A stretch of 64,000 nt of DNA, from assembly GCA_905182515.1 (NCBI GenBank), contig CAJJBW010000001.1:18275-82274 (forward strand), in the 5' to 3' direction. How positions within the stretch are numbered: the stretch's first letter is position 1; the number at the start of each line of letters is the position of its first letter. Shown here piece after piece: positions 46,742-57,500 of this stretch. Below the pieces are notes generated by a model. The model saw nothing but the letters and a program-made list of their open reading frames with translations, did no database searches and had not been told where the DNA came from. Both the position numbers and the translations under genes were made by a program. The stretch is from an uncultured Candidatus Poseidoniales archaeon (GTDB taxonomy: Archaea; Thermoplasmatota; Poseidoniia; Poseidoniales; Thalassarchaeaceae).

Positions 46742-48535
46742 TTAACCAGTGAATATTCCAACTGTGTTAGTAAGAACGAACGCACTTAGGCCACTGGCAA
46801 TTGCAGCAACCCACATCATTTGGATCATTTGACCCAAAGATAGTGTGAAACCGCCACCTTTTATTCTTGCAGTAATAAAACCTAAAACAACTATTACAAC
46901 AATAATTAAGAAAGAGCTTGTAATGTTGAATACCAGAATATTTTGCTGTACGCCTGCCGTGTCGGTTAGTACAGGAAGACCTACTGCTAAGTCCCCTGCA
47001 GCACCGTCGGTACCTGCTTGGACTAAACCGGCGGCTACCTCTGCTATTTGCTCTCCAAGTCCTGCTACGATTTCAATTGTTATATTTAGAGCAATGATCA
47101 TTGCTATTAAAATACCATATGATACACTTTTCATGGTACCCGCAGAAATTTCTCGTCTATGTCTTAATGCTAGTAAAGTTGCTGTGCTTTGAGATACCAG
47201 ATCGCCAACAGTTCCGGCTTCACCGCTTGATTGAGAGCCCTCAAGGAACACTCTAGTAAATCTAGAAACCATCATAGAATTATTATCAGCAGCAAACCAA
47301 TCCCAAGAATAGTCACTATCGATCCTCATAGCCAATCTTTTTTCTAATTGTTCAATTGAGGAGCTTAAAGCACCGAAATCAATACTACTGAGGGCTTTTA
47401 TCATTGCACTTGGTTCTGCTGAACGAGCTTGCGCAGTACCTCCGAAGGCTCGAATAAATTCTGGAAAGGCTTCGTCTCTTCTTCTAACTTTAATTTCTTC
47501 TCGTGATACAAGAAATGAGGGGAGCATCAGAGGAGTCATAGTAAGAGCTATCATGAACAGCCCAATAAATTTCCAATTTTCCAGTAAAAGAGAGCCAAAA
47601 TTGGAGGTTGTTAAGACATATATGAACCCTATACTTTCAAAAAATACCAAAAATGAAGCAATAATCCAAGCCCTTCGTAGGTTTATTTTCTGTTTAGTGT
47701 TAAATGAATGACGTGCAAATAATGGTTCATCAGGTATAACTAATGTAAATAAGAACCATGCGCCAAATTGTAAGAAAGCGAATAGTGCAGAAGCACCGAG
47801 TACATATTTAGATCTTATAACTATAGCAATTAAATCATTAGTTCCATCTCCAACTTGGAATAGAACTAAATGAAGGCCTGATACAACTAAAAGTAACATT
47901 CCGGTTGTTGTAAGAGAGACAAAAGTTTCGCGTAATGTATCTAATTGTTCTAATCTAGCATCATATAATGTCTTATATTGAGATTCGAATGTTTCCTGTT
48001 CACTTTTCATAAAATCCCCTATAGGTTGTCCAACCTCGACAGAGAAGGACATGCGGTCAAGAAAGTCACTCCATATTGGCGATGGGCTTTGTCTTCCTAC
48101 AATTCTTGCTGCTTCGGGAAGGTTGGTGTGCCATTTTGAAACAAGGGTTTCTATTGATTGAACTTCTTCCGCTAAAGCCCCATAATCTCCCATATCCTTT
48201 AGGATATCAAACATACCTCTTTCTGCTTGTTCACCTAATGACAAAATTCCCATACGAGTAATGAACATGTGCATATCTTGCTCTATTGAAGTAGCTAATT
48301 TAGAAGTATTTGATAGAGGATAAAGTAAAACACCTAATAGTGTTATTAATGGAAATAGTAACGTGATAATTAGTTTTGGAAATAATGCTAGACTTGTCCC
48401 TGCAGAATATGAAACGTATCCCCCTACAATAATTGCCAATAATGTTGCAGGTAATGCAAATATTAGTAAATATTGTGAAAATGGCATTCCCAAACGTAGG
48501 AGTGTTATTTGCCATGTTGTTAGTTTAGATTCCAT
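46742..48535 (-). CDS. flaJ: archaellum platform membrane protein FlaJ/ArlJ
   Basis: 597 aa, polytopic, with two cytoplasmic T2SS-F-like domains. It lies directly after flaI. Confidence 0.8.
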   Translation of the reverse strand: MESKLTTWQITLLRLGMPFSQYLLIFALPATLLAIIVGGYVSYSAGTSLALFPKLIITLLFPLITLLGVLLYPLSNTSKLATSIEQDMHMFITRMGILSLGEQAERGMFDILKDMGDYGALAEEVQSIETLVSKWHTNLPEAARIVGRQSPSPIWSDFLDRMSFSVEVGQPIGDFMKSEQETFESQYKTLYDARLEQLDTLRETFVSLTTTGMLLLVVSGLHLVLFQVGDGTNDLIAIVIRSKYVLGASALFAFLQFGAWFLFTLVIPDEPLFARHSFNTKQKINLRRAWIIASFLVFFESIGFIYVLTTSNFGSLLLENWKFIGLFMIALTMTPLMLPSFLVSREEIKVRRRDEAFPEFIRAFGGTAQARSAEPSAMIKALSSIDFGALSSSIEQLEKRLAMRIDSDYSWDWFAADNNSMMVSRFTRVFLEGSQSSGEAGTVGDLVSQSTATLLALRHRREISAGTMKSVSYGILIAMIIALNITIEIVAGLGEQIAEVAAGLVQAGTDGAAGDLAVGLPVLTDTAGVQQNILVFNITSSFLIIVVIVVLGFITARIKGGGFTLSLGQMIQMMWVAAIASGLSAFVLTNTVGIFTG

Positions 48536-48544
48536 GTAAAAGCC

Positions 48545-50293
48545 TCACTGATCGTGATTCTTACCCACCCAAGTTTCAACATTTTCTACAAATGGTTCCC
48601 ATCCCTGAATATAAAATATATCTAGGAGATCAAAGACATCATCAAAGTGAGTTAAGTCACGTTCAACCATTCTTTCAATTACTTCCGTTCTCCTTTGTAA
48701 TTCGTCATATATATGTCTCTTATTTTGGAAACCCATGAAAGGTGCTATTCTATTCTCTAAAATATATGATTGAAACATTCCTCTAAAATAATGAACATCT
48801 TGCACTGGATCCCATTCGAACATGCCCCTAGTTAACACACCATCTGCGAGTTTATTATACCCAATAATCTCATCTACCCCGGTTACTCGTCTAACTATTC
48901 CTTTTCCTTCAGACTCTACCACTTCCTGAAATATAGCAAAATTTAGGTTATCAAAAAATCGTGTTGGAACGTTGATTGGATCTCCAGTGAATCTCTGAAT
49001 CATTTTAACAATTGATGATGCGTGGAAAGTTCCAATCACAGGGTGGCCAGTTTGCATGGCCTGGAATGCAGTTGCACCCTCTACGCCCCTTATTTCCCCA
49101 ATTATTATATATCTAGGTCTTGATCGTAAAGCTGCTTTCAGCAAATCGAACATCTCGACTCTAGAATCTTCATTTTTGGAATCTCGAGTTACTAATCGTT
49201 GCCACAATTTATGTGAAACCTTTACTTCAGGAGTATCTTCTGCAGAATATATCTTAACTTGATGGTCAACAAATGGAAGTATGGCATTTAATGTAGTTGT
49301 TTTTCCTGATGCAGTTTCTCCTGAAACCAACATTGATTGTCCAAACTGTAAACCAAGCCAAATATATGCTGCCTGTTGGGCAGATAATGTCCCCCATTTA
49401 ATTAACTGGATTATAGAGATTGTTTCTTCTGCGAATTTTCTAATTGTAAATGATGGCCCAGAAATTGATACGTCATCACTGTAAATTATATTTATTCTTG
49501 ACCCATCCAATAGTGACCCATCTATGATGGGTTTTGAATCTGAAACTGGCCTTCCTATTCTCTCAGACATTGATCTAAGATATTGGTTCAAGACCGTGGA
49601 GTCCTTAAATCGTATATTTGAAATAACGGATTTAAAAACTTTATGATCCATTATTATTCTCGATAATCCTACAGAATGAATATCTTCTAATTGTTCATCG
49701 GAAAGTAGAGTTTCAAGAGGTCCATTTTTTACTAAATCTCTGGCAATAACATATTTCAATCGTTCTAATTGATCTTCGTTGACATATATTGGTGCTTCGC
49801 CCATACCTATTAATTCTCTAGCTTGAGAAATAAATGGATTATTTAAAAGTGGATTAGTACCTACCTTGCAAGTTTTATCTATCATTGTTTCCAACATATC
49901 AATGAATTCATTATCATCATCAAATCTCTCGGCTTGTGGAGCATCCCTAAGCAATCTTTCAACAATTTGGTCTTTTAAATTTTCTTCCTCTTCGCCGTTT
50001 AAAGTGGGCTCTAGGCCAAACCATAGTGTTTGACCTGCTTCGTCTTCGCCTACAAGAGGTTTGTATACATGCGCAAAACAAGGAGGCCTTGTTGCATAAA
50101 TTAGATTGCACGGTTCTACTTTCCTTGCTCCACTATCCAACCAACCATAATAAATTGGTCTTGAGCCATGTTTCTTTTCGAAGGCTTCCACCCACACTCT
50201 TATGTGAGGGTATCGTGCCATTAGTCCTCCTAAATCTCCAGGCTGAATATCAAATACATCTTCTTTATCTTCAAGATTATTTTCACTGACCAA
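48545..50293 (-). CDS. flaI: archaellum ATPase FlaI/ArlI
   Basis: Walker A (GETASGKTTTLNA), Walker B (RYIIIGEIRG) and the His box of T2SS/T4P-type ATPases. It uses a TTG start with a GGGGGGTGAG Shine-Dalgarno sequence. Confidence 0.92.
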   Translation of the reverse strand: MVSENNLEDKEDVFDIQPGDLGGLMARYPHIRVWVEAFEKKHGSRPIYYGWLDSGARKVEPCNLIYATRPPCFAHVYKPLVGEDEAGQTLWFGLEPTLNGEEEENLKDQIVERLLRDAPQAERFDDDNEFIDMLETMIDKTCKVGTNPLLNNPFISQARELIGMGEAPIYVNEDQLERLKYVIARDLVKNGPLETLLSDEQLEDIHSVGLSRIIMDHKVFKSVISNIRFKDSTVLNQYLRSMSERIGRPVSDSKPIIDGSLLDGSRINIIYSDDVSISGPSFTIRKFAEETISIIQLIKWGTLSAQQAAYIWLGLQFGQSMLVSGETASGKTTTLNAILPFVDHQVKIYSAEDTPEVKVSHKLWQRLVTRDSKNEDSRVEMFDLLKAALRSRPRYIIIGEIRGVEGATAFQAMQTGHPVIGTFHASSIVKMIQRFTGDPINVPTRFFDNLNFAIFQEVVESEGKGIVRRVTGVDEIIGYNKLADGVLTRGMFEWDPVQDVHYFRGMFQSYILENRIAPFMGFQNKRHIYDELQRRTEVIERMVERDLTHFDDVFDLLDIFYIQGWEPFVENVETWVGKNHDQ

Positions 50294-50308
50294 AATAACT
50301 CACCCCCC

Positions 50309-51070
50309 TTAACTGACTGCAGTGATATCCACTATGAAACCCATTTGAGGCATAACTTTCCAACCTATTCTACCTTGTGTTGGGCCGGCTGCACGCAGAA
50401 AACGGGTTACTGCGATGGTCCTGACTGTGTCCCCGCCAACGGTAGCGGTTTCCAAATCTAAAACAACTTCCGCTGAGTTTTTTATTTCCCTCAAAAGTTT
50501 CAAATCTATTTCTTCTTGATCTACAGTGAGTAAAACAGTTCTGCCCAAAGAATTAAATTTCCTTAATTGCGATAACAATAATTGAGCATTTGTTCCTGAA
50601 TTTATTAATTGAGAGGCACGGTCGATTATTATTACCTCTGCATCTTGTAACCCAGATGAATTTAATAGTACAGACAAATCTACATTTTCTTCTGTTTCTT
50701 CTGCAATAACTCCAAAACTTGAGATTAGTAAAAAATTACCATCATCTATTTGTTTATCCATATCATAACCAATACTAGCGACTTGTTCGAGCCATCCCCT
50801 TGTTGTTAATTCAGTAGTCACATATGCTACCTTAACTCCATTTTGGACGAAACCAAACGCTAATCTCTGTGTTATTAGACTCTTGCCGGAACCAATTTCT
50901 CCACTGATAATACCTATTGAACGGTTTGGTATTGCAGCACCCATGCTATTGGCAAGGCTATCTTGAATTATACCAAATTGGAAACCATCTTCAGCTGACG
51001 TCAAGTCTAATGACCTCCGTGAAACTATATGTGCCAATTGGAGAATAAGATAAAGATGAAACACCGACAC
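50309..51070 (-). CDS. flaH: archaellum RecA/KaiC-like protein FlaH/ArlH
   Basis: IPNRSIGIISGEIGSGKSLITQRLAFGF (Walker A) and VIIIDRAS. The longest ORF overlaps flaG by 80 nt, so the real start is probably nearer 51000. Confidence 0.8.
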   Translation of the reverse strand: MSVFHLYLILQLAHIVSRRSLDLTSAEDGFQFGIIQDSLANSMGAAIPNRSIGIISGEIGSGKSLITQRLAFGFVQNGVKVAYVTTELTTRGWLEQVASIGYDMDKQIDDGNFLLISSFGVIAEETEENVDLSVLLNSSGLQDAEVIIIDRASQLINSGTNAQLLLSQLRKFNSLGRTVLLTVDQEEIDLKLLREIKNSAEVVLDLETATVGGDTVRTIAVTRFLRAAGPTQGRIGWKVMPQMGFIVDITAVS

Positions 51071-51470
51071 TTAGAAAATAAGGTGTATCGGATGTAAAGG
51101 TTAAGTCTGTAATTGATTCTATTTTGAATTGTATTACTACCCCGGTTGACCATGTTATTCCTGTTGAGTCGACTGGAGTAACAGTCATGCCATTCCCATC
51201 AAGAAAAATATATGTACTTTCTATATTTAATGAAATTTCCCCAGAATTCTGAACAAAAATAAAAGCCTCGTCCCCAGTATTATCCCATGAAATTGCAGAA
51301 GGATCATTAACAAGTGAAGCTCTAGTTTTTGCATCTTTAATTTCTTGTTCTCCTTGTTTTTCTAACCCTTGCGACATTGTGTCCCAAGTTGAGATTAATA
51401 CACTGGAAACAAGAGTTGCAACGATAAGTCCCGTAGTTAACATAATCAATTCGGACGGCCCATCTCCCAT
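50991..51470 (-). CDS. flaG: archaellum protein FlaG/ArlG-like
   Basis: 159 aa with an N-terminal hydrophobic helix (LIMLTTGLIVATLVSSVLI) and a beta-rich domain (FIFVQNSGEISL). The position is second of the F/G pair. Confidence 0.55.
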   Translation of the reverse strand: MGDGPSELIMLTTGLIVATLVSSVLISTWDTMSQGLEKQGEQEIKDAKTRASLVNDPSAISWDNTGDEAFIFVQNSGEISLNIESTYIFLDGNGMTVTPVDSTGITWSTGVVIQFKIESITDLTFTSDTPYFLSVGVSSLSYSPIGTYSFTEVIRLDVS

Positions 51471-51479
51471 GCTTGCACC

Positions 51480-51884
51480 TCACGCAGTCACTGCAACACT
51501 GGACGAGTATTCAAACACTACCAAAAATACTCTAGCAGGTGATGACCCAAAAGATGCAGAAGCAGTAATTGTTTCACCGGGAAAAATATAATCTAAGTTA
51601 GGATTCGGACTTAACCCAGAACATGATATTGGAGTATCATTATCTACTGTTATGAAAATATGCGCTATTTGAACTTCTTCGGGACCAGTGTTTGTAATCG
51701 TATATGTTAAAGTATCTGCTCCGTTCCAAACGGCAGAAACTAAAGTTATTTCTGGATCCGGTAATTCTACTTGAGATGCTATTGTAGCATCGTTTATACT
51801 ATCAACCATTAAAACCGTTGCAGAAGCAAAAATAACAATAAAAACAGTACCTACAATCATCGCAGCAACACTAGAACCGGACAA
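51480..51884 (-). CDS. flaF: archaellum protein FlaF/ArlF-like
   Basis: 134 aa with an N-terminal helix (VAAMIVGTVFIVIFASATVLMV) and a beta-sandwich-like region (YTITNTGPEEV). The position is first of the F/G pair. Confidence 0.55.
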   Translation of the reverse strand: MSGSSVAAMIVGTVFIVIFASATVLMVDSINDATIASQVELPDPEITLVSAVWNGADTLTYTITNTGPEEVQIAHIFITVDNDTPISCSGLSPNPNLDYIFPGETITASASFGSSPARVFLVVFEYSSSVAVTA

Positions 51885-51887
51885 TAT

Positions 51888-52703
51888 TTATCCCTCCTTT
51901 TGAGATAATTGAGACCTCCAAGCATCGACCATGGCCGCAAAAGTAAGTAAGTTTCTATTTGATAGAGTAGGTTGACCTTCTGACTGCACGCCTGGTTCTG
52001 CTAGGGCAATTATTGCGGATAAAGAATCTCTTTCATTACTAGAGAGAATTCCGGATTCGCTAGCACTTTTAATAAATGTTAGAGCGTCTGATCCAGTCAT
52101 ATTATCAAGAAGAAGGGCGGCTAGTTTTGCTGCATCAATGTGAGGAGTTGACAATAACTCACCTGCATCTGATGACTTTAAAAATGGATTTACGGCAAGT
52201 GATTGGGCTTCATACAAATCCAATAAACTCGGTCCGCCTTTCTTTCCGTGATCAACGTAAGTGAGGCTGTCTGGCAATATATCAATTGCAGGTTTGCTTA
52301 CCACCTCGCCGTCTTGACCAACACTGTGTATCATATCTTGGCTTGTAGATTCCGGCATTGGATTGCTTACTGTAGGAGATACTGCGAAGTTAGCTGTTTG
52401 TTGCTGAGTTATTTTTATGTTAGTTTCCATTAAGTCTAAGGCTGTTTCTAATCTTTCGAATCTATCTTTGATTAATTCTACTAATTCTGGAGTTAGTTCT
52501 GATTGATTATCACCTTGTGGTTCACCAAGAACTCCAACCCGTGTGCCCGCGGGGGCAAACAGCCATGCTTCTAGATCAGTTGGACGGAATTCAGATGGGA
52601 TGTCTACTTGTTCAACTGAAAGTTTTGCGGCTCGTTCCAGTCTTTTGGTAATATCTGAATCTGAACCTAAGCCCCCAAACGGTAAATTATCAAACAATCC
52701 CAT
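51888..52703 (-). CDS. unknown soluble protein in the FlaC/D/E position of the archaellum operon
   Basis: 271 aa, acidic, with no TM segment. It has a strong GGAGGA Shine-Dalgarno sequence. Its stop lies 4 nt from the flaF start. I recognise no FlaC/D/E or FlaX motif. Confidence 0.5.
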   Translation of the reverse strand: MGLFDNLPFGGLGSDSDITKRLERAAKLSVEQVDIPSEFRPTDLEAWLFAPAGTRVGVLGEPQGDNQSELTPELVELIKDRFERLETALDLMETNIKITQQQTANFAVSPTVSNPMPESTSQDMIHSVGQDGEVVSKPAIDILPDSLTYVDHGKKGGPSLLDLYEAQSLAVNPFLKSSDAGELLSTPHIDAAKLAALLLDNMTGSDALTFIKSASESGILSSNERDSLSAIIALAEPGVQSEGQPTLSNRNLLTFAAMVDAWRSQLSQKEG

Positions 52704-52761
52704 CTTAAATCCTCCATTTTGTCATCCTCCATATAGTTAAAAGATGACTCTGGCATGATGA

Positions 52762-53361
52762 TCAGATTAATTTGTCGCCAATTCCTACAGTTTCGATCTC
52801 TAAGGATGCCCTAGTATCTCCGCCACCTGCAACATTCAATGTCAAGGGGATAGCGTTTCCAACAATAGCATTGTCACAAACTGCCAATGTTATAGTGAAG
52901 ATGAACTGCTCACCAGCATTAGGAGTTGCGCTGGGATTTGTAGTTCCATCATCCAATAATACGGTTGCTGCATCCATTTCAACATCTGTTGCAGAAATTA
53001 ATCCTGTGTCTGTACAGATTGCACCGGCTGCTGTAGCTCCAACAGTAGTCCAAGACATTGCAGATGTTGCAGTTGCATCAGATCCTGAGGATAGTTTAAC
53101 TGTCACTTGAACAGTGGTTACAGCACCAGTAGTAACAGTTGCAACGTATGCATCTGTAATAATTAACTTACCAGAGATTTGATCTCTCGTATCATCACCA
53201 GTTTTTTCTGCTCTGTCTTGCAATTCTTCAGCTGTTTTGATAATAACAGTTGAAGCTACGGCTGCAACAAGAATCAAAGCAATGAAAACAATCATCGCTC
53301 CAATACCGATGGAACCGCTCTCATCGTTGGTTTTTGTTGTAATAATTTCGTGTTGGCTCAT
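52762..53361 (-). CDS. flaB: archaellin (FlaB/ArlB)
   Basis: The class III signal peptide and conserved hydrophobic N-terminus read ..DESG/SIGIGAMIVFIALILVAAVASTVIIKTAEELQ. The ORF is open to 53412; ATG 53361 gives a 16-aa prepeptide. Confidence 0.88.
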   Translation of the reverse strand: MSQHEIITTKTNDESGSIGIGAMIVFIALILVAAVASTVIIKTAEELQDRAEKTGDDTRDQISGKLIITDAYVATVTTGAVTTVQVTVKLSSGSDATATSAMSWTTVGATAAGAICTDTGLISATDVEMDAATVLLDDGTTNPSATPNAGEQFIFTITLAVCDNAIVGNAIPLTLNVAGGGDTRASLEIETVGIGDKLI

Positions 53362-53482
53362 AGTGTTACCGTGTCTATCTGAGATGTTATCATTTATGAA
53401 GTTCATGCACATATTTAGTATAAAGGACGTTTGGAATCATATAATACATCCAAGTTTGGTTATATTTTAATTTATGATTTAA

Positions 53483-54520
53483 TTATATGCTTCCTACATT
53501 TAAAACGTCGACATCAGTAAATACTGTTTGCCCGGCTCCTAAGTTCTGAATAAATGGTAATCTAATAGCCTCAAAGCCATCAGGTAGCCATGGCTCTAAT
53601 ATTATTCCCTCTAACGTCTTAAGTGTTCTATTTTCGACTCTAATTTGTACCTTTAAATCTCCATAATTAGACAAATATCCAGTAGTTAAACACAAATTTT
53701 TCCCAAGCATTTTTTCAGAATTAAAAGACCCGCTTGGCCTTATATTCACCCCTATTTCTATGAATCCCTCGGAAGGTATTTCAGGTATTTCTGTCATTTT
53801 TGGATTTGCTACCCAGCCCAACGGAGTAGGTAAAGACATGCGCATTGGAGAGATATTATTTTCGCCTAAATTTTCAATACTAATTACCATTAATCCATTG
53901 TTGGTTTTTTCAGGCCATTTAGCATCTATGGTAAGGAAGAAATGATTGACTAAAAATGGGCTTAATGCCTCTCCAGTTGGAACTGAGCCTAAAACACTAA
54001 TCGCTCTTTCAAAAGCATCGGTTGCAGCAGAAAAATCATCATTTGCTAATTTTTTCCTAGCTTCTCTTATTAAATTTAGAGTTACCTCTTCAGAATCACT
54101 TAAATCACCCAATTCATTTAGATGCCTATTTATTATAGATAGTGATCTTTCTAATCCTTTTGGCCCAAGTGCGGCAATTGCCTTTTCAACAGAGTCGGCT
54201 GCTGCGCCCCAGTTTCCTTCACGCAGAAATTGTAATCCTAATGCAACATGTTCCGATGAATTGATGTCATCTTGATTCATTTCTTCTAATTCATCAAGTT
54301 GCTTTGCTAGTGATGTTAGCGACCTTGATAATCCCAATACCTGTTCTTCTAAGAAATCAGCTTCTCTATTTAACTTCTTTAGCATTCTGTTAGCCTTAAT
54401 TGGCTTATTTTTCCAGATGGCATGTTGAATTTTTTTAGATTCCTCATCTATAAAACTTAACATTTTTAGAGTGGCTTCCGCGCCTCCAATGTTGCCCATT
54501 TTTTTATCTTTTTTAGCCAT
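53483..54520 (-). CDS. TPR-like/coiled-coil plus beta-sandwich protein, unknown function
   Basis: 345 aa with no signal peptide. Two TPR-like units are present (GNWGAAADSVEKAIAALG, DDFSAATDAFERAISVLG), and the C-terminal half has CARDB/NEW3-like strands (MVISIENLGENNISP...PLGWVANP). Its ATG directly follows the TAG of the 1648-aa gene. Confidence 0.5.
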   Translation of the reverse strand: MAKKDKKMGNIGGAEATLKMLSFIDEESKKIQHAIWKNKPIKANRMLKKLNREADFLEEQVLGLSRSLTSLAKQLDELEEMNQDDINSSEHVALGLQFLREGNWGAAADSVEKAIAALGPKGLERSLSIINRHLNELGDLSDSEEVTLNLIREARKKLANDDFSAATDAFERAISVLGSVPTGEALSPFLVNHFFLTIDAKWPEKTNNGLMVISIENLGENNISPMRMSLPTPLGWVANPKMTEIPEIPSEGFIEIGVNIRPSGSFNSEKMLGKNLCLTTGYLSNYGDLKVQIRVENRTLKTLEGIILEPWLPDGFEAIRLPFIQNLGAGQTVFTDVDVLNVGSI

Positions 54521-57500
54521 CTATTCTCGGCCTCCTAGACGGTTTTTTGGTTGAAATCTTTTTGAAACTTGTTGGTTTGCTAGAATCTTCTTTATTTTTA
54601 TTGCTCTTAGCTCAATCATGCCTAATTGTCCATATATCTTACCATATGATCTATCAAGATATCGTAGTACCAAATGTATAAATATAGGAGTGATTAAGAT
54701 ATACAAAAACAAACCTAATATCCCCTTAGTGCTCATATCTATAGATAAATTAGGATTTATCAGCATGACTAATAATAGAGTTAGTGGAGCACATGATATT
54801 ATTGCCCTTAGTTCCTTTAAGGTCTTTTTTGCCTCGATGTCGTGGTTTGACATAGTTGCTCGAGCGCCGGTTAGAGATTTCTTCTTATCATTGTGTATTG
54901 CCTGTAATTCAGAAGAACTAGCCCACGCAATCGTTATAGACCCTAATACAGTCAAAATAGCACAAATTAGAGGCAGCATTGAGAACCAGTTTGTTAATGC
55001 GAGTGCAGCCATACTGGCAGCAAAGGAATATGCTGATAAGTGAATATAAGAAGGTGTAAAGTCTAATTTTCCATTTCTATACAGATATAATGCTACAAGT
55101 AAAAATATCACAGAAATTAAGGCTGAAATAGGTATTTCAATATTATTTGAACCAACTTTAAGTATATATTTTGGAGGCGTCCAAGAATCTATGCTTAATT
55201 CTAATGTCAATATGTCGTTATCAATATGATTTCCTTTTACGCCAATGGCTGTTCCTGTTAGTTGTGCAATACATTCCAATGGTTCTGAAGCTGACCACCA
55301 GGGTATAGATTTAGCACTTATTTCCCAAGAAGAATTAAATGATTGTTGAGAAGCAAGGGCTGGTACTATCTGGTTTCCAGATTTAAACGAATCGATATAT
55401 TTTCCATTGCATGAAACTTGTACTTCTGCACCTAAAGGCATGACTGCATCGCCAGCATTCTTTATTTCGACTATTAGCGTGGAACTGCTACTTTCTAATA
55501 AGCTTCCAGTACTAAAATACATACTTTTAATCATCGGATCTGATGTTGTAGTTGTTACTATATCTACTGTAAAATCTGTCCAATACGCAGCAGTATTGGG
55601 CTCATTAGGATTTTTTAACCTAAATGTTATTGACCATCCATCTCCAGGGGCTAGATTTTCAGTTTCTGGAATAATAAATGTTAGGTCAAATTTTGACCCT
55701 GTGTCATAAGGTTGGACTGCTTCAGAAGTTACACCGAAGCCTAATGTAGACATAAGAAGGCTATCTTCTACATAAAATGTCCATAATGAATTGGGATAAG
55801 CATTTTCATCTATATGTCTCTCAAGTTTTAAAACTGTGAGATTATAGTTTACTGGAGTAGCATCTGTTGAACCCAAAGAAGGCACGTGCATCCAAGGTAT
55901 CCTAAATATACTACATCTTTGCTCTATATTAGGATCGGTAAAAGATGCACAAGGTAGGAGTCCATCTCCTTGGCCCAATGAACCTGGATCAACTATGACT
56001 TCATCATCAGTCTGTACTCTGATTACTTGTACTATTGTACTAAATGACATTGTTTCTTCAGCATCATCAGATGAAGTGAATATAATATCAAAAGTACCTG
56101 ATTCACCAACATAATGATCTGATGCTATAGGAGTTATCTCCAATTCTATTTCATATGTTTCTCCAATTGGAATAGTAAATGAGGTAGAGGGTAAATTTGG
56201 AAATGTTACTTGCCATCGTGAATTATCTGATACCGCTAAATTATAGTTCATATTCACTAATGCAGGAGCGTTGCCAGCATTTAAAACACTATAACTGAAT
56301 GTCCTAGTTTGATGTGGAACGAGATTCATGCTATCAGAAGAGGCTTCGACATGTAATTCAAAGTACGGTTCAATATTGACTACAATGTTATTTGTTCCTA
56401 AAACTATGTAATTACCATCAAATCCGGTAAAGTCATATGAAAATATTTGAATTGGAATATTATAGACCCCTCCTGCTTCAAGCATAACATTTGGGCCAAT
56501 GTCTGGTATTGTGATATTCATAATTATATCAAGGCTATTTTCAACACCGGGTGAAATAGAAAGGTTGTTTATTGTATCGAAAATCCAAACACCCGTCTGA
56601 GGGCCATCTGGTAAATTTGCATTAAAAGATATATTTTTTTCCAATAAATTACCCAAATTTTGTAAATTAAAAGATGCTTGAATAGTTGTACCGGGTTGAG
56701 CATAATAAACAGTATTACCCTGCAGATTTAATGCATGATCGGGGTTAACAGTTACAGTCATTGTTTTCCTAGATAGTTCATTAAGATTATTGCTTAATAT
56801 TAAATCAAATGTTGTTGATTGATCCGCCCTTGCATCTTTAGATGCTTTAGAATAAACCCTTATTATAGCGGTTGAACCAGAGTTTACTAACATAGTTTTT
56901 TCAGTTTGGATAACAGTATCATCTTCTGAAAAAGAAACTTGAAGATAATTATTGTCTGAATTCTCAAGTTTTAAATCGAATGTTTGATTTGAATTACCGG
57001 TATTATTTAATTCGAACATTATAGTAGAAGTACCCAATCTATCTAAAATTGATGTTGAGGCCCCTGTGTTTAGGTTTGCCGAAATTAGTTCATCTAATTT
57101 GAAATCTGCACTGGCATATGCTAAAATTTCTCCAGTATCTAATGATGAAGCGTATATCCAAATATTGTGTATTTTATCTGCACTGGCTGTTTCTGGAGGG
57201 GTTGCGGTGACTGTAAAAGATTTTTCGATAGGTATAGTGCCGACATCATATCCCCATGAATCTGACCAAGATTTAATTGTTCCAGGATTAGTTACTGAAA
57301 TGGTCCACCCTGGTTCAGCGATGTAACTCACATTAAAATTATTTGGAGAATTACCATAATTGATTAATATCATTTCTGCAGTTATAGCAGTTCCTGGTGT
57401 ACCTTCTCCCCTAGATTTTAGTGTCATTTCTGCTTGTTCTAATTCTGGTATGTCAAATTTTATTGAAGAGTTATTGACACCTGTAATTGGCGCATTACCA

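Noticed and set aside
50991-51070. 80-nt flaG/flaH overlap as a possible frameshift or fusion.
   Set aside because: Both frames are intact. The conserved FlaH core starts downstream of the flaG stop, and in-frame alternative starts (e.g. TTG near 51000) exist. This is most simply start-site over-extension by the ORF finder.
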